From Mobula hypostoma (lineage: Eukaryota), in NCBI RefSeq assembly GCF_963921235.1, contig NW_026948140.1, forward strand, positions 558,001 through 622,000: a DNA stretch of 64,000 bases, read 5' to 3'. Under the pieces are notes generated by a model. It ran no database searches. It worked only from the letters and a program-made list of their open reading frames with translations, and was not told where the DNA came from. The position numbers and the translations under genes are program-made. Positions 51,040 to 61,131 of the stretch are shown piece after piece; the first letter of the stretch is position 1, and each line of letters opens with the position of its first letter.

Positions 51040-54000
51040 CATAGAAACATAGAAACATAGAAACATAGAAAATAGGTGCAGGAGTAGGCCATTCGGCCCT
51101 TCGAGCCTGCACCGCCATTTATTATGATCATGGCTGATCATCCAACTCAGAACCCAGCCTTCCCTCCATACCCCCTGACCCCTGTAGCCACAAGGGCCAT
51201 ATCTAACTTCCTTTTAAACATAGCTAATGAACTGGCCTCAACAGTTTGCTGTGGCAGAGAATTCCACAGATTCACCACTCTCTGTGTGAAGAAGTTTTTC
51301 CTAACCTCGGTCCTAAAAGGCTTCCCCTCTATCCTCAAACTGTGACCCCTCGTTCTAGACCTCCCCAACATCGGGAACAATCTTCCTGCATCTAGCCTGT
51401 CCAATCCCTTTAGGATCTTATACGTTTCAATCAGATCCCCCCTCAATCTTCTATCTTCTAAGTCAAAGTCAAATCTCAAAAATTGACTTCTCAAAGTCAA
51501 ATCGAGGATCAAAAGTTCGACTTCTGATTTTTTCACTATTGTATCAAAGTGGGAGCAGAAGCGCTCTTTCCATTTTAATAAAATAGCCCTTCTAGCCAAT
51601 AATGTTACAAATGCAATTACATATTGGTCTGATATAGAAATACCATGAATATATTGAGGAATTATACCTAACAAAACTGTCAATTTATTAGGTTGTAAAT
51701 TAATTTTTAAAACTTTAGAAATTCTAGAGAAAATAGATTTCCAAAACTGTTTCAGTACAGAACACCAAGAAACCATAGAAAAACTACAGCACAGAAACAG
51801 GCCTTTTGGCCCTTCTTGGCTGTGCCGAACCATTTTCTGCCTAGTCCCACTGACCTGCACACAGACCATATCCCTCCATACACCTCCCATCCATGTATCT
51901 GTCCAATTTATTCTTAAATGTTAAAAAAGAAACCGCATTTACCACCTCGTCTGGCAGCTCATTCCATACTCCCACCACTCTCTGTGTGAAGAAGCCCCCC
52001 CTAATGTTCCCTTTAAACTTTTCTCCCCTCACCTTTAACCCATGTCCTCTGGTTTTTTTCTCCCCTTGCCTCAGTGGAAAAAGCCTGCTTGCATTCACTC
52101 TATACCCATCATAATTTTATATACCTCTATCAAATCTCCCCTCATTCTTCTACACTCCAGGGAATAAAGTCCTAACCTATTCAACCTTTCTCTGTAACTG
52201 AGTTTCTCAAGTCCCGGCAACATCCTTGTAAACCTTCTCTGCACTCTTTCAATCTTATTTATATCCTTCCTGTAATTTGGTGACCAAAACTGAACACAAT
52301 ACTCCAGATTCGGCCTCACCAATGCCTTATACAACCTCATCATAACACTCCAGCTCTTATACTCAATACTTTGATTAATTAGGACCTATGTACTAAAAGC
52401 TCTCTTTATGACCCTATCTACCTGTGACGCCACTTTTAGGGAATTTTGTATCTGTATTCCCAGATCCCTCTGTTCTACTGCACTCCTCAGTGCCTTACCA
52501 TTAACCCTGTGTATTCTACCTTGGTTTGTCCTTCCAATGTGCAATACCTCACACTTGTCTGTATTAAACTCCATCTGCCATTTTTCAGCCCATTTTTCCA
52601 GCTGGTCCAAGTCCCTCTGCAGGCTCTGAAAACCTTCCTCAGTGTCTACTGCACCTCCAATCTTTGTATCATCAGCAAATTTGCTGATCCAATTTACCAC
52701 ATTACCATCCAGATCATTGATATAGATGACAAATAACAATGGACCCAGCACTGATCCCTGTGGCACACCACTAGTCACAGGCCTCCACTCGGAGAAGCAA
52801 TTCTCTACTACCACTCTTTGGCTTCTTCCATTGAGCCAATGTCTAATCCAATTTACCACCTCTCCATGTATACCTAGCGACTGAATTTTCCTAACTAACC
52901 TCCCATGCGGGACCTTGTCAAAGGCCTTACTGAAGTCCATGTAGACAATATCCACTGCCTTCCCTTCATCCATTTTCCTGGTAACCTCCTCGAAAAACTC
53001 CAATAGATTGGTCAAACATGACCTACCATGCACAAAGCCATGTTGACTCTCCCTAATAAGTCCCTGTCTATCCAAATGCTTGTAGGTTCTGTCTCTTAGT
53101 ACTCCCTCCAATAACTTACCTACGACCGACGTTAAACTTACCGGCCTATAATTTCCCAGATTACTTTTCGATCCTTTTTTAAACAACGGAACAACATGAG
53201 CCACTCTCCAATTCTCCGGCACCTCACCTGTAGACAGCGACATTTTTGAATATTTCTGCCAGGGCCCCTGCAATTTCAACACTAGTCTCCTTCAAGGTCC
53301 AAGGGAACACCCTGTCAGATCCCGGGGATTTATCCACTTTAATTTTCCTCAAGACAGCAAGCACCTCCGCCTTTTCATGACCAAAACATATGTGTCAATG
53401 TAGCTATCTCAGTTTTACATCTATCACACTGACTATTAACATTTGGAAATGTTTTAGACAGTCTCTCCTTTGTCAAATAATAACGATGTACAATTTTAAA
53501 TTAAATCAAAGAATGACTGGCGCAAATCGAAGAAGAGTTAACCAACTTCAAAATTTGCAACCAATCCTCTGTTATCAAGGTCATGATAAGTCCTCTTTCC
53601 CTAATGCAAAGATCATTGCTGGAGTCCAGCAATCTCCTCCCTCACTTCCCACAGTAGCCTGGGGTACATCCGATCCGGTCCCAGTGACTTATCCAACTTG
53701 ATGCTTTCCAAAAGCTCCAGCACATCCTCTTTCTTAATATCTATATTCTCAAGGTTTTTCAGTCTACTGCAAGTCATCCCTACAATCGCCAAGATCCTTT
53801 TCCATAGTGAATACTGAAGCAAAGTATTCATGAAGTACCTCCACGATTTCCTCCGGTTCCATACACACATTTCAATTGTCACACTTGATTGGTTCTATTC
53901 TCTTACGTCTTATCCTCTTGCTCTTCACATACTAGTAGAATGCCTTGGGGTTTTTCTTAATCCTGTCGGCCAAGGCATTCCCATGGCCCCTTCTGGCTCT

Positions 54001-54105
54001 CCTAATTTCATTCTTAAGCTCCCTCCTGCTAGCCTAATAATCTTCTAGATTCATATCATTACCTAGTTTTTTGAACCTTTCGTAAGCTCTTCTTCTTGAT
54101 TAGAT
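51040..54105 (-). mobile_element. Cluster of CR1 fragments (51040-51452, 51766-53378, 53590-54105) with an L1 C-terminal piece (51453-51765)
   Basis: (catagaaa)n tails, RT ORF 52386-53282, and L1-like FWKSIFSRISKVLKINLQPN..LLARRAILLKWK. Confidence 0.88.
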
Positions 54106-54678
54106 TTTCGTCGAGCACCTCCGCTCTATCTGTCATAACAGACAGGATCTCCCAGTAGCCACCCACCAATTCTGCTTCCCATTCCCATTCAGATATGTCC
54201 ATACATGGCCTCCTGTACTGCCATGATGAGGCTAAACTCAGATTGGAGGAGCAACACCTCATATACCGTCTAGGTAGTCTCCAGCCCTTTGGTATGAACA
54301 TAGAATTCTCCAACTTCCGGTAATTCCCTCCCCCTCCCTTCCCCTATCCCTATTTCACTCTGCCCCCTCCCCCAGCTGCCTATCACCTCCCTCATGGTTC
54401 CGCTTCCTTCTACGACCCATTGTGTTTCCCCTATTCCTTCTTCACCTTTCCTGCCTATCACCTCTCTGCTCCCCCTCCCCCACCCCTTTATCTTTCCCCT
54501 TACTGGTCTTTCACCTGGAACCTACCAGCCTTCTCCTTCCCACCCTCCCTCCACCTTCTTTATAGGGCCTCTGCCCCTTCCCTCTTCAGTCCTGACGAAG
54601 GGTTCCAGCCCAAAATGTTGACCGATCTTTTCCACGGATGCTGCCCGACCTGCTGAGTTCCTCCAGTATGTTGTGAGT
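54106..54678 (+). mobile_element. PLE-A 3' fragment with HHR
   Basis: Reverse complement of 10880-11430. HHR at ~54587-54623. Confidence 0.85.
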
Positions 54679-55401
54679 TGTTTATTCCAAAGGAAAGGAT
54701 AACCTTCTTAGTTTCCAGTTGTGGTTCTAACTTTGTCAGGATAGCAGTGGCATGGGTGAATTTGGCTCCCGGAAAGCTGTCCAACTGAACATCCTTATTA
54801 GGGCATCTTTTGATCCTGTAAATGTTCGAGTCCCCTATAACTAGTATAGGTTTAAGGGGCCTTAGTTCCCAAGTTACATTTTTCTGTTTAGAGTGAGGAT
54901 GCCTCGTTATTTGACCCTCCTGGTTGTTGCAAATAGAGGTTACCTGTCCTCTTGTTTCTCCCATGTCCTCCGACTCTCAGGCTGTGTGGTTCCCTGGGGT
55001 GGAAGACTTGCTCGGTCTTCGTGTACTGGCTCCCCTTGTCTGTATGCCCATCCGCACTGGTGTGGGGTGGGGTGCTGATTCCTCAGAGTCTAGGGTCGGA
55101 GAGGCCGTGGGGGCGGCGGGCTGGGGCTCCCCTGCTCCTAGGTTGGATTGCGTCTTCTCCGAGGGGCTCATGGGTGGGGAGGGGCTCACCTGGCGTCTTC
55201 TCTGTTCCTGTGATTGGGGCAGTGGGGCCGCATCGGCGTCGAGTGGGTTAACTAGCTCCGGCGCCCTCCCGTGGACGGCGCCGGAACTCCCACTGCACGT
55301 GCTGTTCTCAGGACCTGTTGGTCTGAGACAGTCCCGCAGCAGAACTACCGGACTCAAGTTCGTTTTACTCGTCGCCGACGGACGGGGTACAGCTTGAGCG
55401 G
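54679..55401 (-). mobile_element. PLE-B ORF1 internal fragment (linker plus SGNH N-half)
   Basis: Matches 59510-60304 apart from an internal indel. Confidence 0.92.
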
Positions 55402-55430
55402 TTAGGGTTAGGGTTAGGGTTAGGGTTAGG
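55402..55430 (+). repeat. Interstitial vertebrate telomeric repeat (TTAGGG)4-TTAGG at a PLE-B junction
   Basis: Direct read: ttagggttagggttagggttagggttagg. Confidence 0.95.
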
Positions 55431-55869
55431 ATGCGGGCAGTGGGCAAAATATCCTTCTAGTGTTTGTGGATCTCGTACTGGAGATGCAGTATCACTTTAC
55501 CCTGCCACTTTGTTTTTTGCCCACGTCAGCATCATCTCGCTCCCCACCTTTCCTTTACTGGGATCTTCCTCCTCTTCAACCTTCATTCTGGAGTTTAAGT
55601 TACAATAGTGGAGATATTGGCTATGGATAGTGTTTCGGATTTGGGGTCTTTTTTATAGGGATTGTGTGCTGTGAACTGGGGGTTGTGCGGTAGCTAATTG
55701 ACGGGTGTTGTGGGGAGGGACATGCCCGGGGGTAGAGTTAGGTAATGGAGGTTGAGGATTCACGGTGAAGGGAGGTGAGGTGGGGGTGTCCCCTGCAGTT
55801 GGGGGGAGGGCTGAAATAGGAGCCTAGCTGCTGGTGATATTGGGCGAGTTTGGCTCCTTGATGGGGTAA

Positions 55870-56492
55870 GGGCTTGGGTTTATGGGGGTGTGTAGCAGGG
55901 TTGGAGATGTTAGATTTAGGGGTAGGGCAAAGGACTATTATATAAGCCCTTTAGTGTGGTGTGATTTGGGTTATTTGGGGTGCTGTCCGGTTCAGTTGGC
56001 GTGCGCAGTCCCTTGGAAATTAGGATTAGGGTTAGTGTCAGGGCTGGGGTTAGGATGCGAGTATGCGGGCAGTGGGAATTTGGCCCCCTGCTGGGGTGAG
56101 GGTTTGGGTTTATGGGGGTGTGTAGCACGGTTGGAGGTGTTAGGTTTAGTGGTATGGCAAAGGACTATTATTGAAGCCCTTTAGTGTGGAGTGGTTTGGG
56201 TTATTTGGGGTGCTGTCCAGTTTAGTTGGGGTGCACAGTCCATTGGAAATTAGGGTTAGGATTAGTGTCAGGGCTGGGGTTAGGATGCAAGTATGCGGGC
56301 AGTGGGAATTTGGCCCCTTGCTGGGGTGAGGGTTTGGGTTTATGGGGGTGTGTAGCACGGTTGGAGGTGTTAGGTTTAGTGGTAGGGCAAAGGACTATTA
56401 TGTAAGCCCTTTAGTGTGGTGTGGTTTGGGTTATTTGGGGTGCTGTCTGGTTTAGTTGGGGTGCCCGGTCCATTGGAAATTAGGGTTAGGGT
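55870..56492. repeat. 230-bp tandem repeat (~2.7 units) within the PLE-B 3' UTR
   Basis: tatgggggtgtgtagca at 55881, 56111 and 56341. Single-copy in the 62271-63457 UTR. Confidence 0.9.
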
Positions 56493-57035
56493 TTAGTTGG
56501 GGTGTGTGGTCCTCCGGATGTTAGGATTAGGTTGGGGGGGTAGGGTTGAGGGGGGCCCGCTGGGCAGTGGGAGGTATAACTGGTGATGTGGGGTGAGTTT
56601 GCCCCTCTGGCGAGAAGAGGATCTGTGTTTATGGGGTGTGAAGATATCAGGTTTCAGGGCAGGGTCATGTGCTGGGGATGTATTCTTCCCCATGGGGGAA
56701 GCGGGGAAGTTGGGGCAAGTGCTGTGTCTGGATTAAACCGGTCGTTATGTGTCTGTTCTTCCTAGTGGTTATCTCCTGTAGCGTTATAATTCCTAGTTTT
56801 ACTCCTCTCTACTTGGGGAATTAGGTTCCGTTCTGGGGCCTAGTTGTTAGGCTCTATTTCCAAAGTAAGACGAACCTTTCCTATTTAATGGTCCCCTGTC
56901 TTAATTTGTTTCAGGGTGGGTGACTGAAGGGGATCTTCCCCTTCTTCCCTACTCTAATTTTCTCAATTTTTTTAAAATTACAGGGTGCAGTGTTGGCCCT
57001 TCGGTGAGTACATTTTATGTTGCTGGCCTGGTTTT

Positions 57036-59282
57036 TTAGCCCTCGTTCAGGCCGTTTGGGGAATGCGTCTGTAGTCTTTCAATCCATCTCCTCTCTGTTC
57101 TTTTTCTTTGGAGGTTTGACCAGTTTATGTTGGTTTCCAGGCCCAGGATTGCTAAGGAGTACATTCCATGCTCCAGGAAGTGCCTACTAACTGGTCTGTT
57201 TTGGTTTCCTCTTGTGATATTACTGAGGTGTCCTGTGAGTGTGGTTCTCAGGCTGTTGCCTGTCTCCCCTATGTATATGATATGGCATTGTTTTGCATAT
57301 ACTACATTCCGTTGTTCACAAGTTATCCCCTGCTCTATCTCAGCCCACTTTCCTGTAGCTCTGTTGTGTATGCTTTTTGAAATTCTGATGTATATGCACG
57401 CCCTGCAGTTTCCCACCTCGCAGTTTGGCGCTGTTCGTACTTTGGTACTGACTAGTATGTCTTTTAAGTTTCTACCCCTTTTGAAGGCTGAAACTATGGT
57501 GTATTGTCCCAGTGTCCCCCCTTCCTCCTTTAGATTTTCAAAGTGTGTTTTGACTGTCTTGTGGATATTCACTGCCATCCCACTGTATCCTGTTATCAAG
57601 GGTAGTTTCTGTGTTGTGTTGTCCCGTGGTCGGGGATTTGTGATACTTTTTAAAAAGTCAGATTTGATGTGTCTGAGTCTCCGTCTGCTGTAGCCCCTGT
57701 GTCTAAGTGCAGAGAAGAGGATAAGAGTGGCTTGGTGGAAGTCCTCTGCCCTGGTGCAAATGTGATGAAACCGGGTCAGCTGTCCTTTGACAATGCCTCT
57801 GAAGGTGTGTTTGGGATGGTGGCTCCCGGTGTGTAGGAGGGTGTGTGTGTCTGTGGTTTTAAAGAATACTTTGGTGGCTAGTTTCTGGCTGCCATTTTTT
57901 GGTGCTTGTTTAAATACCGTAGTGTCCAGGAAGTCAATTTTCTCCCTATCTGTTGCGGCCTTAACCTTAATGGATGGATGATGAGTGTTTAGGATTTGAA
58001 TAAATTCCTCTAATTCTACCTCTGAGTGTGTCCACACTCCCCAGATGTCATCTAGGTATCTATAGAGACACATGGGTTTCTTGGGGCACTTTGGATAAAC
58101 AGTTTCCTCCCATTTTGCCATGTGTATATTGGCATAGGCTGGAGCAAACTTCTTTCCCATCGCTGTGCCCTTGACTTGTAAGTAGAATTCATTATTGAAT
58201 TCAAAGTCATTTTTAGTTAGGCTGAGGGGAAGGAGTTCTAACAAGGCCTCGTCTGGTCTCTCTAGCTGAGGGTTCTCCCGAAGGATATCCCTCACTGCCT
58301 CTATACCCCTGTCCGTTTCTACATTGGTGTACAGGCTTTCAATGTCCATGGTGAAGAGTATGGCCTCAGGGGGCACTGACATGGAATTGACTATCCCGAC
58401 AAAGTGGTACGTGTCCTTGATGTAGCTGGAGTGTTTCTGCGATAGTGGGTTAAGGAAGGCATCAATGTATTCTGCTATCCTGTATGACTCACTGCCGCAG
58501 TCCGACACGATGGGTCTGCCGGGTGGTATTTCTCCCGGAACAGTCCATGAGTCTGGGTTCTTGTGTATTTTGGGGAGGATATAGAACTTTCTTGCTTGTG
58601 GCTGTATCCCTGTCAGGTACTCCACCTGCTTCTTCCCGAGGTATCTAGTTCTTTCTAGTTCTCGCAGAATGTTCCTGATTTCTGTGTGTGTTTCCCAGTA
58701 TATGGGTTCCTTTAGTTTAGTGTAGTGCTCCATGTTATTTAATTGCCTGCGTGCCTCAAATAGATATTGCTGTTTATCCATGATCACTATGCTGCTCCCT
58801 TTACCTGCTGGTTTGATAACAATATCCATATTTTCTCTCAACTCCTTCCGGGCTGCTCTCTCCTTCCTAGTTAGATTGGGTTTATCCTGTACCTTTGTCT
58901 CCCTCTCCATTATCTCATCCAGTGTGCTCTCAAATGGCAGGACCGCTTCTGACCTGTACCTCCTCTTGGACATCCAGTCTGAGGGTGGGGTGAAAGGGGT
59001 CTTTCTATGTTCTGTCTCCCCAAAAAAGTCAACCAGTACCACTCTCCTGTAGAACTTATCCATGCCCCCCTCAGTCTGCTCCTTATGGAGTTCTGGAGTC
59101 AGTACAAAAGTGAGGCCCCTGTTCAGAACTTTTTGCTGGGTTTCTGTAGGGATGAATGTATGGGAGAGGTTCACGACTGTCTCTCCCAGTCGTGGACCCT
59201 GCCTCTCTCGGCTTTGTCTCCACTCTAGTTTAAAGACTGCATCCACCTCTTGACTATGGTCAGGGATGTGTTCTCTGTCCAA
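57036..59282 (-). CDS. Penelope-like reverse transcriptase + GIY-YIG endonuclease (748-codon open frame, non-ATG 5' end)
   Basis: VVNLS..LNRGLTF, FYILPKIHK, GRPIVS, TMDIESLYTN, QVKGTAMG, RYLDD, CEVGNCRAC linker, NVVYA..YIGETG and NGLNE. Confidence 0.95.
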   Translation of the reverse strand: MDREHIPDHSQEVDAVFKLEWRQSRERQGPRLGETVVNLSHTFIPTETQQKVLNRGLTFVLTPELHKEQTEGGMDKFYRRVVLVDFFGETEHRKTPFTPPSDWMSKRRYRSEAVLPFESTLDEIMERETKVQDKPNLTRKERAARKELRENMDIVIKPAGKGSSIVIMDKQQYLFEARRQLNNMEHYTKLKEPIYWETHTEIRNILRELERTRYLGKKQVEYLTGIQPQARKFYILPKIHKNPDSWTVPGEIPPGRPIVSDCGSESYRIAEYIDAFLNPLSQKHSSYIKDTYHFVGIVNSMSVPPEAILFTMDIESLYTNVETDRGIEAVRDILRENPQLERPDEALLELLPLSLTKNDFEFNNEFYLQVKGTAMGKKFAPAYANIHMAKWEETVYPKCPKKPMCLYRYLDDIWGVWTHSEVELEEFIQILNTHHPSIKVKAATDREKIDFLDTTVFKQAPKNGSQKLATKVFFKTTDTHTLLHTGSHHPKHTFRGIVKGQLTRFHHICTRAEDFHQATLILFSALRHRGYSRRRLRHIKSDFLKSITNPRPRDNTTQKLPLITGYSGMAVNIHKTVKTHFENLKEEGGTLGQYTIVSAFKRGRNLKDILVSTKVRTAPNCEVGNCRACIYIRISKSIHNRATGKWAEIEQGITCEQRNVVYAKQCHIIYIGETGNSLRTTLTGHLSNITRGNQNRPVSRHFLEHGMYSLAILGLETNINWSNLQRKRTERRWIERLQTHSPNGLNEG

Positions 59283-59797
59283 TGGATGTGGTCTGTGTCT
59301 ACCTTAAACTGCCTCGTCGGGATTGCAGGGATATAATTCTTAGTTTTAATAACCTCATTTAGTTGGCCCAGGGTTGCTTGTTCTGCCTCTGTCAAACAGT
59401 GGCTAAAGTTCAGCTCTGGCACCCGGATACTGGCATTGGGAAATTTTATATGGGCCATTCTTAATAATTGCTGAAGCTGTTTAGTCGCTGTTGCTGGTTG
59501 ATGTGACCTATTGTTTATTCCAAAGGAAAGGATAACCTTCTTAGTTTCCAGTTGTGGTTCTAGCTTTGTCAGGATAGCAGTGGCATGGGTGAATTTGGCT
59601 CGCTGAAAGCTGTCCAATTGAACATCCTTATTAGGGCATCTTTTGATCCTGTAAATGTTCGAGTCCCCTATAACTAGTATAGGTTTAAGGGGCCTTAGTT
59701 CCCAAGTTACATTTTTCTGTTTAGAGTGAGGATGCCTGGTTATTTGACCCTCCTGGTTGTTGCAAATAGAGGTTACCTGTCCTCTTGTTTGTCCCAT
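59225..59797 (-). CDS. SGNH/GDSL-type esterase domain (C-terminal part of PLE-B ORF1)
   Basis: LVIGDSN (block I), SF(P/Q)(G/R)A (II), LSFGINN (III) and DHIH (V, DxxH). Confidence 0.85.
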   Translation of the reverse strand: MGQTRGQVTSICNNQEGQITRHPHSKQKNVTWELRPLKPILVIGDSNIYRIKRCPNKDVQLDSFQRAKFTHATAILTKLEPQLETKKVILSFGINNRSHQPATATKQLQQLLRMAHIKFPNASIRVPELNFSHCLTEAEQATLGQLNEVIKTKNYIPAIPTRQFKVDTDHIHWTENTSLTIVKRWMQSLN

Positions 59798-59809
59798 GTC
59801 CTCCGACTC

Positions 59810-60988
59810 TCAGGCTGTGTGGTTCCCTGGAGTGGAAGACTTGCTCGGTCTTCGTGTACTGGCTCCCCTTGTCTGTGTGCCCATCCGCACTGGTGTGGGG
59901 TGGGGTGCTGATCCCTCGGAGTCTTGAGTCGGGGAGGCCATGGGGGCGGCGGGCTGGGGCTCCCCTGCTCCTAGGTTGGATTGCATCTTCTCCGAGGGGC
60001 TCATGGGTGGGGAGGGGCTCACCTGGCGTCTTCTCTGTTCCTGTAACTGGGGCAGTGGGGCCGCATCGGCGTCGAGTGGGTTAACTTGCTCCAGCGCCCT
60101 TCCGTGCACAGTGCCGGAACTCCCACTGTAAGTGTCGGCGCTGGGAGGACTAACTAGCTCCAGCGCCCTCTCGTTGACGGTGCCGGAACTCCCACTACAC
60201 GTGTTGTTCTCAGGACCTGTTGGTCTGAGACAGTCCCGCAGCACAATTACCGGACTCAAGTTCGCTTTACTCGTCGCCGATGGACGGGGTGCAGCCTAAG
60301 CGGTCTTTTTCCGGGGCTCGGGTGTGATACGGGTCCGGTCACGTTTGACCCAGAAGCCGTCCCTGGAGGTGGAGGGTCTGTTCCCCTCTTCCTCTTGGGA
60401 TGCGGTTTCCATTGTCCGTGGGTTCATTGTGGCCGCATCCGAATTGTGGGGCCCCTCGTGGGCCCGGTCTGCCGCGGCCTGCCGTTCTGGCACAGGTCTT
60501 GAGACCAGATCAAAAATATGCTTTTGGACGTCCTCCAATTTGATTTGAAATTTTTCCTTTAAATTTCGTTTGTTCCAGATTGCGGCTTTGCTGATTGCTT
60601 CTGGTAAGCGATCAGTCAGATCCGATTCACTAAATTTTAGTTCCAATTCTTGCAGGCTGTTTTGGTAATGATCAATGAAAATGTGACGTGTTTGTTTACC
60701 CCAAGCGTCCGCATTGGCAGCAATTTTGCGAAGCGTTTCTTGGGAGTGGTTCCCCGGCTTTGTGAATTTGGTCAGTCTGTATGCCTGGGTGGTGATCCCC
60801 TTCGGTGGCCTGATCATTTGTTCCAAAACTCTTAGGTGGTGCAGAGTCTGGATTATTTTATATATTAATCTAACCGTGGTGGAAAACGAATCCCTGGGAA
60901 ACCCGGGGTTTCTGCCGGTACCACGGTAGTCTGATGCGCCATGTGCTGGCAGGCCCCCGGTCCTCTCTCTCGAATTTCTCATCCACAT
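59810..60988 (-). CDS. PLE-B ORF1 N-terminal helical domain plus Pro/Ser-rich linker (interrupted by TAG at 60296-60298)
   Basis: ORFs 60296-60988 and 59810-60259 are in frame. Sister fragments carry CAG (62256-62258) and CAA (55394-55396) at the TAG position. Confidence 0.75.
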
Positions 60989-61131
60989 CGTTAAAGTAAG
61001 ACAATAATCAGAAAACTACAGATGAAGTCCACTTAATTAATGTCCTTAGCGCTTGTTCTTCGTTTTGGGTTCCGTGATTTCGACTCCTGCGAATTGCCTT
61101 TAACGAAGCGTATTGCCTTCCATAAAGCGTA

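Noticed and set aside
51147..51890. 247-aa ORF as a real gene
   Set aside because: Chance in-frame chimera of a CR1 tail, an L1 C-terminal piece and another CR1 3' end.
54977..55447. ORF starting MPTARILTLTLTLTLT as a signal-peptide protein
   Set aside because: The LT repeat is translated (CCCTAA)n fused to a truncated ORF1 fragment.
55430..57035. SECIS element supporting selenocysteine at the 59810 TGA
   Set aside because: No convincing AUGA/AA/GA kink-turn hairpin was found by eye. A computational search is needed.
57127..59253. Plus-strand ORFs opposite the PLE-B RT
   Set aside because: Antisense shadows with no motifs of their own.
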